Shown here one piece after another: positions 9,763 to 21,700 of a DNA stretch of 62,287 nucleotides (positions within the stretch are counted from its first letter, which is position 1; each line of letters begins with the position of its first letter). The notes under the pieces are model-generated. The model was not told the origin of the DNA. It ran no database searches and saw nothing but the letters and a program-made list of their open reading frames with translations. Made by a program: the position numbers and the translations under genes. Source of the DNA: Bigelowiella natans CCMP2755 (lineage: Eukaryota; Protista; Cercozoa); assembly GCA_000320545.1 (NCBI GenBank), contig ADNK01000465.1, forward strand, positions 1 through 62,287, written 5' to 3'.

Positions 9763-12700
9763 ATGACCACATTGCCTCAACCCTCACCCTTCTTCCCCTC
9801 CCATTCAGTATCGCATAAGAAGGATCGATGGTATGCAGCTCGCACATTAGACTCTGATGGGAAACATAGTTGCCAGGGTATAGCTTTGATAACAGATATA
9901 GAGATCCAAAGCGCAGCCAATGTCGATCCGTCAGAAGAATGGAACTGTAAACGATGCAAAGCTGATAATCTTCCCAGTGAGCCAAATTGCACAGTTTGTG
10001 GGCTTATAAGGCCGACCCAGGCCCCCGAAAGCAGGCAGAAGGAAGCACGTGCCGCTCGAGTTGTGAAAGTAACAGGAAAAGCCGGCTGGTATGTCGATAG
10101 GTTGACCTTCCATTTATCAGATGGGAGAAAAAGATCTGTTGGGAAAAATGGTGGGAATCCCCAGCCTGACCTTGTGCTAGAATTTGGGGAATATATAACG
10201 GCTGTATCTGGACAGTATCATAGTGAATTCTGCGGCAAGGGCTTCATACTTCGCACCAGCGAGGGGAGAGACTTGGAATTGTCCGGAAGTAAATTCCGAA
10301 GAGGCAAAGCAAATGACTTCGCCTTTCGATGCCATGATAGCACCAAACAAATCGTGGCGATCAGTATGGATGGTGGCAAATGCACAGGCATAATCGTTGC
10401 TCCACGCCCAAATATTGACTACAAGGATATAGAACAATACCGAAAAAAAAAAGAAGAACTTGCCGAGAAGCGGTGGGCGAAGAAGCTACGGGAGACAAGA
10501 CAAATAGAAGAGCAAACAAAATACGGATTTTCAGGAAATATTGGAGAAAATTGGATATGCAGTCGATGTTTTTATACGAATCAAGCAAAATCTACCAAAT
10601 GTCATATATGCTCATTCAAGAGGTGTACATCTCACTCGGCGACGGACGAAAGTGGTGATTTAAAACATAGCGGAAAATCACTGAAGCTCTGCGGAAAGCA
10701 AGTTGCAAAGCTTAAATCTGATGGCGTAACGTTGACAGGAGAATGGTATGATCTTGAGGAGTGCATAATGCACAGCAGTGGTAAATACGAGGTAAAATTA
10801 GCGGACTCCATCCTCGCGCGCAGGGACAATAAGGTTGGCCAGAGATCGCAAGGAATATCCCCGGACCACATTCGCCTGAGTGGCCTTTCAGATACTGCAG
10901 CAACTTCCCAAGGGAAAATCCAAGAAGCGAGCAAGTATCAGCCTTGGCGCGGTCCAATTTACTCTAGCCCATCATTTATGGGAGAGTTTCTTGACCCCTT
11001 TCTGCTGAATACTGATTTAGTGAGATCTTCACGAGCTGTGAAAGACAACAGCCAAAGAACCTACGCTTACATTCTAAGAAGCTTGACGAAATCAAACGCC
11101 TTTAATAACACCCGCGACAGCCTTACTTTACTCAACAATAAGGAAGTAAAGATCGTGAAGGACGTATCGTCTCTTTTGCAGCGATCAAGCGAGCATTCGT
11201 TTTCAAGTTCCAAGTCAGCCTGTGATTCTGTGTCAAGGCACCTAGGGAATCTAGCTGTCGGTGAAATGGAGGCATATAGCTACAGCTGGACTGTCCATGC
11301 GATCATGCTTATATTTGAACGCCGATCAGGGCGTGGTTCATCTGGAACTTTTGATCTTGTGGTCTGCAATAGTGGAGAAGGACTATCTTATCATCCAAGG
11401 GGTGAGAGGAAGGTTAGGTGCTCAGTGCGCCTTGAGGCTATTCCTGCAGAAAGGATTTTGAATCCAGCACTGCAGTATATGCTGTGGAGCCTCAGAATTC
11501 ATGACAACTACAGCAATTGTGCGGCCATGTTTTATGAGGGGGTTCTCCCATTTCTTCTCGGAGGGCGATCGATCAGTGCCTACGTCGCCCCCCAGAAGGT
11601 CCAGGCATATGATGATATGAGAAAGACCCAGAAGGCAGGGACGTGCTACTATAAGTGTGTCATTCAGTGTGTCCATTATCTATTGCGACGAAAGGGACTT
11701 TCCCTTAAACAAACAAAGCAGGTTTCCTACTGTGCCCGCAAGCTTTACATCGAGCACATTCTACCAAGCTTGAGGCACGTCGGATTTATGACTTCAAGCG
11801 ATAAAATGGTGATTGATATTGCTTGTCAGCAGACAGCACGTGCGGCATTGAAGGAGGTTAACCGAGGTCAGCTAAGTGCAAAGGGGATGAAAGAGCTGCA
11901 AGATGAAATTTTAAGTATTAAGAATAAGGTAGGCGAGATCACCACCATAAGCTACGGGACTCTGGTGCCTCCCCAAGAGCTTCAAATGGAGCACTGTGTG
12001 CGTTTACGACACTTTGTGGGCCTCGATGATTTGCTCCCGCTAACAAGTTCTCAGTTGGCTTTCATAGAACGCCGAGCCCTTGGGAAAAGGCAGGACGTAA
12101 ACTCAACCAAGTTCTGCAACTACGAGGAGATTCGCACATCTTGTGGTCCAAGTATATCCTCCATCAAAAATTCCCTCGAACGATGCAAAGCGCTAGTAGA
12201 AACTAATCACGAGTCTCCAGCCCACATGACACTAACAATGCAATGCATCCGAAGTTTGTTCACTGAGTCGATTCCTGTCCCACGGCCTCCGGACCAAAAA
12301 GGTGAGAGCATTCGTTTTCTTGTATTATTGTATGACCCTAATTTGTATGTCGTCAAATGTAAGCTCTTCCGCAAGCCTCCCCACTGTTTTGTTTATCGGA
12401 AATAATCGTATATTTATGAAAATATTGTGGTAGGTTTCTGGTATAAAGTGGGCTCGAAAATAAATCAATCTGACCAGGACGATATCCTCAAGTCAATATC
12501 AACCATTTCGAAATACTACGTTTGTTTTGCAAGATCAATGCAGCCTTCTCGTGCCACAGACTCAGAGCAGGCGGTGGTTTTGATTTGTATGTTTGTCCTA
12601 TTCGATGCTGTCGCAAGGATCCAAACGGGCTCTCCGCTTAGCGAGGAGTTGCAGCAGTTTTCGACTTCCTTCTGCGCTAATGGGAATGGGTCTCTTTCTA

Positions 12701-15700
12701 TTAAAGACTTGAGTAAAAATTACTTTCTCGTTCAGCCTTCGCTTCTGGTGGCACTGGGACATGCGTGTGCGTATTCTTGGCACCAGCACACCACGCACAA
12801 AGTGAGCCTCTCGAGTGTGGGAAAGGTGTTTGATTATAGTTTAGCGCGGCAAAACTTCTTGACCGAATGCGCGACTTTCCAAGTGGTTCGAGGCTTGTGC
12901 AGGAGGCTTGACATCAAGGATTACAGCAATTCCCCCGTTGAGTTCCTCGCAGAACAGGGCTTTGGAAACTCCGAACTCCGTAGGAAATGTCAACAATTTG
13001 CCATAATGCGGGATCTCGCAATGGTGTTCAAAATTACCTTGAAGGGTCATACGGGGATCTGGAATATCCCTCAGAAAATGCGAAAAGTACCCGACGCGGA
13101 GATCAACTGGCAAATAGGGGAGACTGACACTTTGAAAAAAAAAATAAGGATAAATTTCTGGACGTTCGGAGCGTGGATTAACCTTGACTCACCAGGCCCC
13201 TGGAGGAAACATGCTGGCTTCGGAAGCGGCCTCGACCTACAGAGAGACTTCGGAATCAAGTGCAGTCAGGATACTGTTCGTGGTGTGACAGAGGAGGATG
13301 TTCTTCACACAGGAATTATGCCAACATTTGGGGGATCAATGGCAGGGCAGGATTCCGAAGCATTGCTAACTTATCTAACAGTCCCCTACATGCGAATCCC
13401 TTTAGTGCTAGGTTTCTTTAGCTGCAAGCAGAGATTTATGTCTCTGATCGACCCTGAGCTCCAAGATCTAGTCAACGCCGTCCTCTTTGAAAGCAGCATC
13501 GCGGATCCATATAGAAGTGATCGAAAAGCAGTGATCCCGTGCCAGCATTTGATTCGGGCGAGAAATGGCTATCTAATAAATGAACTCACACATTCACCGA
13601 ATTCTGTCATCTCCCCAGTCGCAAGGATGCTGACGCAGGCTCTGGATCAGCTGGACCTACGGAAATGCACGTCCAGCTCAACTGGCGTGATGCTGTTTAT
13701 TAGCATGCTTGTTGCCCGCGTGGAATTATTTCGCGTCTACGTGCAGAACAATATTAATGAGCGCAATGAAGACTTTGAGGAAGCTCTGTCTCAGATTCGA
13801 CAGCCAAAATCGGTCCTCAGTGCGGTTTTGATGGATTGGATCCAGCAGACGACCATCTCGGGTGACATAAAGGCACACAATCGTTTCTCCGCGCACTTGG
13901 TCATCCTTCTATGTAGCACAGGACCCGCAGAAATGAGCCCAGAAATTGTCGGGAACTTCATAGGAAACATGGCGCATCTCGCCACGTACCACAAGTTTGG
14001 GGGGAGACCTGATGATAATGGCAAACGTGCCTTTGCGAAGTTCCATCCCCTTGGGGTACCAGACCACGAGATCTACTCCGCAGCGCAAGAATTTCGCAAC
14101 CGTATATTAGCTTGGCTAGAAAAGTTCCCTGATGAAGTAGATCTGACCTTGAAAATTGCCGCCAGAGTGTGCCTTAAGCCTGGTGCTAAGACATTTGAAG
14201 GCTGGAAGAGGAAAAATAGCCATGGTCTTTACATAGACGGAAGGGAGGAAGTCATATTTGATCTCCAGAGGTTTGTTATGACCACGGTAAGTGCGAAAAT
14301 CCAACCCTTGCCTGAGTTTGTGAAGGCCCATCCTGAGTTTCAGATTGTCTTCGGGAAAGAGGATCGCCACTGCTCGTTAACCGAAAAATGGGTGCATAAG
14401 TGTGTTTACGATATGCTGGATCAAAGGAACTCGAGAATAAATGTGTGGTCGAATTACTACGAGTCATGGTACGCTGCAAAATCTCAAGATAAGAATGCCC
14501 AGGGGAGGTTCTATGATCCGCATGAATTTGTCGTACGACATCCGACAGTTCATCGTGGGATTGAATTTGATGGCATCGAGTACACACGGCAATGGTGCCC
14601 TAGCACACTAATCCAAGAGGCTCTTAATATCTTCTATACGGATAAATATTGCAGAACCAATGCTTGGAGTGGCGACGAACCTCGGTTATGGGCCCCCAAA
14701 AACACGCCAAAGAAGAATCGTAGCGTCGTATCTGCCATATGCCGCGAAGGTTTCACGGACAAACAAGATCCCGGAGTGATGAAATTGATCAATTACTGGC
14801 CGAAGCTCAAACTCGTGAAAGTGTGGGCGCTGCGCGAGAGAGGGCGACGAATAGTAAGGGAGCTTATCTTCAGCTCTGACGCTCGTTGCAGCTTAATGGA
14901 CCTCAAGACACAACGTGTGGTGAAGCAAGCGTATCCTGTTGGCCTGACTCCAGGTCAAGACTGGGGTGTGGAATGGCCGAGAAACCTTCGACATTGTGCG
15001 GGCAGGGTGTGGGAAGAAAACCAAGATCTTAAATGGCGGAGTAGCATAGTCATAACTCGAGATCGGGTCGATGGAAAGGGTCGGGAGGAATTCGTTTCTT
15101 CCGCAGCCCTGAAGGGTGTGATTCCATACACTCTTACAGAAAATTTCTCCTTTTGGAGACCTGAAGGGGAGCCACTCATCGAAGGTACAAGGCGAGCTAA
15201 TGACATCACACCTGATACGCTTCTACAGTATAGCCTTTCTATATCTCTGCTCGAAAACAGGGATAGGCATGCCCTGGGTAGCGTGAACAAGGTTATGGCG
15301 CGTGTGGAAGCAACCGACCTCAATGATCCGAAGAGGAAAATGTTACTAATTGACATTTCACTAGCGAGCAAGGATTCGTTTGCCTACCGCCTCGGTAGAG
15401 TACTTACCCGACTTGACAACATGTCACACATCCTCGTCTGGACCGAAAATACGTCTGCTAAATCTTGGCAACAGTGCAATATTTGTCTTATTGAACTCAC
15501 ACGCCTGAGGCTGAGCTTTGTGCCACGGAATACCCCAACAGGGGTTAAGCTCTTTTGCAGGGAAATTTCAGGCCTTTATGTCTCGGACCTGCGCAGTCCA
15601 ACGATCCGTCATCAAATCAGCTGTCTGCCAAATAGTTTGCTACTTCAGAACTCCGGAAACGAGCTGTACATTCTGGCGTCGAACGCCAGACCGAAACGCC

Positions 15701-18700
15701 CTGTCGTTTTCACCCGCCCACTTTCGTCCGAGATCATCGTGGATTTGCAGGATGAGAGCTGGCTAAAGGATATGACGCAAAGGTACTCCGTATTCCCGAT
15801 CCACGTCTCAAGGGCATTCATCATGCCTCAAAACCTTGTTGATTCGCTGTACCTTGCGCTCCACTTTGTGCTTCAGCGGCGTTTTGAAGACGCCTCTCGC
15901 CTGATTGAGTCATGCGAGTCCGATATGCCTCTCTCAGACTCGGAGCGATGTGTTCTAAAGTTCTGGGAAGCCATTGCGCACGACACCCATCCTGATACCG
16001 TGGCTTGCAAACTCAAGCTTTCCCTTGCATTGATGTATTCCGGGGAAAATAATCTCCTAAAGTGGTGCATCGTACATGAGTTTGGGAGATACTCCCCCGG
16101 TCACGTAAGGGCAGAATGTAAGTTGAGTGCTATTGAAGTCGAGAGACTCCGTGGATATGTTAAAGATATCGATGATGTCGAAAAGAAAAGAAACAAAAAC
16201 GAAAATGGAGGGAGCCCAGCAAAGGCTAAATTTTCCCATTCCGATCTAAACTCTGTGAAATCCTTCGCGAAGATATTTCCGGAGCTCCGCAACCAGAAGT
16301 ACACTTCAGAATGGCATCCAGGTCAACAAGACGGCTGGCCATCATTTGTCGAGTCTGCTCGACAGTGGTTCCGGGCGACCGATTTCGATAAGTACTATCA
16401 TGAACACGACCGATGCATCTGGAAGGCAAAGATCACTTATGTTGGGAGAGAATATCCTGTTTTAAGAGGTGGGAATGCCTATACGATGATGGCAGAGGTG
16501 AAGAAGGATAGCATAACAGGGCGTGTAACTGGGTCTGGATTTTTGTTTTTGTGGGACCTTATTCAGGGAAAGATAAGCGTACAGTTTGGGAACGAGGTCA
16601 ATTCAGGTCCTCAAATGGCTAAATTTCTCTGCAAGTGGATGTACCACGAGCAGACTCTATGGAACAAGTCGAGCCTTTCCGCAACCGAGAATAGTGGCGA
16701 AAAGTCCCTGTTTCCCTTCTACGCAGCCGCGGTTATAACTGCAGCTGGAGAGGCGATTCCGTCATTGCCCGAGTTCCCGTTTGAGAGGTATTCAAATAGC
16801 TTGTCCGACAGAGACGGCTACCCAACCTTTGAAGAAAAAAACAATCACGGGGATTGGACGAGTGAGCACCTTGGACCTTGGTTCCTGAAGATGTTCAAGG
16901 CTGTGAAGGAGATTGCAGAGGGCAAGGGAGTCAGTCGAGAAATCGAAGCGGGAGGTGATTATCAGAGGCACAACGATCGGAAAGCAAAAACTGCTAACCG
17001 ACAGACAGTCCTAGTGCCTTTCCCCGAAACAACTGATTTCTCGAATGATAATCTCCGTGTATACGCGTCACAATTCACGAGCCCGAGAGGCAACACTTTC
17101 AGCGTTGATACCAAAGATCTGAATCGCCATTATAAACACCCACTTTCGTCAATAGGCTTAGATCAATGGATAGTAAAAGCAGCTACCTCGAATACTGGGT
17201 CCGGGAAGCTGCGATTTGATCTTTCGGGGCATCCAGAATCTAGGTCTCAAAGGGCAAAAACTATGATTTCTTATATAAAAAATGACACACTATTGCATGC
17301 TAAAAATCAGAAAACTAAGATGGCAGTAGATTTCCAGGGATTGTCGCCAGAAGATGTTGCAGCATACGTAAGAGATGGGCAGAACAAAAGCATTGACACA
17401 GTGATTTCTAATCTTAAGTCGTTAGTGCAAAGACTAGACGAAATGCGGTCTCAGGACCTACTCTACGTCGCTGCTGCTGTTGATGCCGCGCTATCTACTT
17501 GGGCCAATGTAACGGATGACTCCAAAAAAATCAAGTTGCAGCTGCGATTCTCGCTCGCCAAAATCAGCCGACAGCGAGCGAGTGCCTCGTGGGATTACTT
17601 ACTAGCTTCGCTTCTCTCTACAAACATGTACCATGACTTGAAGAAAGTGAATCCTTTTCTCTCCAAGTCAGATTTCGACAAAACTCGCGATATTACAGTC
17701 GCCGCACTCTTTAGAGGCAACCGAATAGGCCAAGCTTGCCGTGCTATTGCACCAGCATCCGCTCTTATTGGAATGTTGCAAAGCCTCCAGCAAGGTAATA
17801 CAGGGGACGTCAAAGTCTTCGAGAAAAAGCTCATCGGCAAAGTCAAAAGTCTAGTCACATGGCTCACGGCTACCCGCAACTTCACCGGGGCGGATGCAGG
17901 CAAACCTCTGGACCCCCGATTTCTACTATTCGAGTACATCTTCAATATTGTACTCTGGAAGCGACAAGTGGAACAAGTGCGAGAGTTTGCAGACGTGAAA
18001 AGGGCTGTCATTTCACAGATGGTGATGGGGTCCGGAAAATCGTCAGTCGTCTCGCCTATGATATCACTACTCCTAGCTGATAAGAAGAGCTTGGTCGTGG
18101 TGATGGCGCCAGACGCTTTGCTAGTCATGACGCGTGACCTTCTACGCGAGAGATTCTCGCACATCATCAAGAAACGCATTCTCACTCTTTCATTTAACCG
18201 TAACTTTTCCCCAAACTTCAGAGACAGCGCTGTTCTCGTAAAGCGGCTCTGTTATAAGATGGAAGGCGTGCGCCTGCAAGGAGGGGTAATGGTGACCACC
18301 CCAGAAAGTATTAAATCACTCTTCCTCAAGTTTGTCGAAATGCTAAATTTCTTGGAGATGAGTCCCAGTGAGCAGACTACTGAGGGGAGGCTAAGGTGCG
18401 ATGCTGCGTTTAAGGCATGCCAGGAGTTCTCAGGCGTCCTAGGCATGTTCAAGGACGGTGTGATTGTAATGGATGAAGTTGACTTGCTCCTGCATCCTCT
18501 CCGCTCAGAACTTAATTTTCCAGTCGGACAGAAGACCAAGCTTGATATGTTCGGTCCGCGCTGGGGCTTGCCTATGCACCTCCTCGAGGCTGTGTTTTAC
18601 GCCCGAACTGGGGAGCTATCGTCCGATGCCTTGCGCTCTAGTATCTTGGCCCTCGAAGCCCTTGAAGCGATTAACGAGGCTATGAAGGAAGGGTTCCAAT

Positions 18701-21700
18701 CGCATGCGCTACAAGCCTTGCCTCATTTGATACTTCTCAACACCAAATTTTATCACAGTCGCCTGAAACCGCTTCTTGCTGACTGGCTGGTGTTGTGGTT
18801 TCAGCAAGGGTCCATGCAAGGAGGTAAAGATATCACAGGCGAAGACATTCGTTGCTACCTGTTGTTTGGACCGCAGAGTAAGAAAGCTCTGGCTAAGAAG
18901 TGCCTAGCTAGTCTCACCGGGGAGGAGATGCAGAAGCTAAACCTTGGACATACATGGATTGACCAACTCGCCCCACACGTATTATCGAAGATCAACCGTG
19001 TCAACTATGGACTACTCTTCCCCGGAGACGTCAATCCGGAGGAGAGCGCGAACATTCCCGACTCCCGTAGAAGCCTGGCCGTGCCTTTCGTGGGGAAGGA
19101 CAAGCCCTCTTGTGCATCCGAATTCGCGCATCCAGACGTGCTGATAGGGCTCACTATAATGGCGTATAGGTACTCGGGACTGCGGCCAGACGATACGAAA
19201 GCTGTGGTGTCCCAGATGAAGAAAGACTTTCTGTACGAAACAGGGCCGAAGGATCGGCGCCCCAGTTGTCTACGGTATCAGAGCTGGATAGGTCAAGCTA
19301 GGGCGACGACGGACGTTAATCCACGAGGATCCCTCGGGGGAGATAGTGGTGATGATTCTCACCAGCTTGTGCCTCTGCACCTTGTCCAAGTGAGCGACTA
19401 CGAACAGATGGACACCGTCCATAAATGCTTCAAGCACATGTCACCAGTCATCAACTACATGCTCGACTCCACCGTGTTCCCTACCTACATGTACCAGCAG
19501 ACAACCAAGCTCTCTGCAAGCGGCCAGGAACTTGCAGGGGACATACTCTTCGGTCGTCGAATTGGGTTCTCAGGAACCCCGAGCTCCATGCTGCCTCTTG
19601 ATTCTGGCAAGTGCAACTTTGAACCGGGGACAGGCGGGAAGCTGATTAGCGTGCTGTCGGACCCGACGATAATGTCGGTGGAGTTCAAGGAGGAAAAATG
19701 GACCGTTAAGAGCCTCCTTAGAGACGTGGCGACTGCCGATTCGCCTTTCCATGCTCTGATCGACACTGGTGCTTTGATCACGGGCTTATCGAATTATAAT
19801 GTTGCTGAATACCTACTCAAAGTCGGTCTGCTGCACGTGGATGGAGTGGTGTATTTCAACAATGACAACGTCAAGATGGTCCTGCAGAGAAACCAGGTGC
19901 CTATTCCTCTCAGCCGTTGTGGCCTCAGTAAGAAGCGCAGGTTCACCTTCTACGACCAAGTGCACACTACAGGTATAGATATAAGGCAAACTCTAGATGC
20001 GCGAGCAGCAATTTCCATTGGCAAAGATCTCGTCTTCCGAGATTATTCTCAAGGTGCTTATAGAATGAGAGGTATTGGTAAGGGACAGACCCTCTGCGCT
20101 ATTGTGATCCCTGAGGTGAAAAAGCTCATGCTGGAGGAGTTGGCGCTGGTATCGAATCCTGGCGAAACTTGGCAGGATAAGCTCGTCGCATGGCTCTATA
20201 TAAACTCATTACGAATGGAAAAACTCCAGTTTCTTCAGCTCTGCATTCAGAACATGCACAATGTGTGGAGAAAGGCGGCACTAAGTGCTCTAAATAACAA
20301 CATCAAGGGAACCTCATACGCTGGACCTGAAGCACACCAAAAGTTTTTGGGATCAGGTGGCAACAGGGAACATATTAGAGTTTTCCGCGAAAGTATCAAT
20401 TTCGACGTCGAGAAGAAGGTGACAAAGCCAAAAAGCCTCTCTGACATTATAAGTGCAGCTAAGGCAGCCCATAAATCCTACCTTAAATCGCGAGATGCTC
20501 TTAGGGAATTCAACCTGGTGTTTGCTGCCGCAAATGCCACACCTGCATCTGAATCGGATGCTGCTAATGGCCTCGGGGCAGAGATGGTCACAGAACAGGA
20601 GCAGGAGCAACAACAAGAGCAAGAAGCTCAGCGCTACCAGGAAGTAAAGGTGTCATTCTCAAGGAAAGACGAGGCGCAAATCCCATTTGAAGTGAAAAAC
20701 ATTACCCTGGCTTTGGGCTCAGACGATTGCCCCTTCTACTCCTTAAGTCAGCTGGATCTTCCTACGATCGGTGCTCTAAGCTTCCCATCGACGGTATGTG
20801 TGTCAACAAACTACTTCAAACAAGGATGGACGGATGAGAGAAAGCTCAAGAACGTGACATGTATCCTAGACTGGGTGCCGCAGAAGAATTTACTGAATAC
20901 CAACCAAAAAGAGCGTGCGAAGACTACGGAAAAGCAAAACGAGGCAATAAACACGGCGTTTGATATGGCTGACAAAGATGGAAGTGGCGAGCTCTCAATG
21001 ACCGAGGTCCTTGCTGTCCTTAAAGCAGTTGGGTTTGAACCTGACGACAAGAAAAGGGGCGGCAACATCAAGGCACAAATTCGTTCCAAAATTGATTTGA
21101 ACGGTAACGGTAAGATATGTCGGTCCGAATTTATCCAGTCGGTCACGACTAATATGTTTGAGACCTCGCAGCTTGGGCGGCAACAAGTGGCTATCACGCT
21201 GGCTGAGGCTGAAGCAATACGGTATTACTTGCACACTCGGCATCCCTTGTTCGACGGAAAGAGGTCGGATGGTGTTTTGATATCGCTCGAGTCTCTTGAA
21301 GGGGGGATCTTTGATCAGTCTCCAGGGTTCTATTTGAATGCAACAACGGAGTACCATCGCAATAAACAATGCTTCGCATATTTTAATGGATCGATGCACA
21401 TGAGTAGCACCCAGACCTTCCAACTGCTTCAGGGGATCCAAAATGACCCCCCAAACAAGCGTGAGGATTATTTCAAAACCATCATGGGTTGTCGTAGGCG
21501 TGAGCGGAAAAGATACAGGGACACACCGCTAAGTATTGTATTTACTTCAGAAGATGAGTTTTCGCTTCTCGCCCATCGGCTGAAAGTAGAGCGGTTCAGA
21601 TATGCGCTTGAGGTGCGTGGCATTATGCTTCTCGATGCGTTCCAGGCCTTTGATCAGGATAAGAATGGGATACTTTGCACCGGGGAAATGATGAGAGCTG

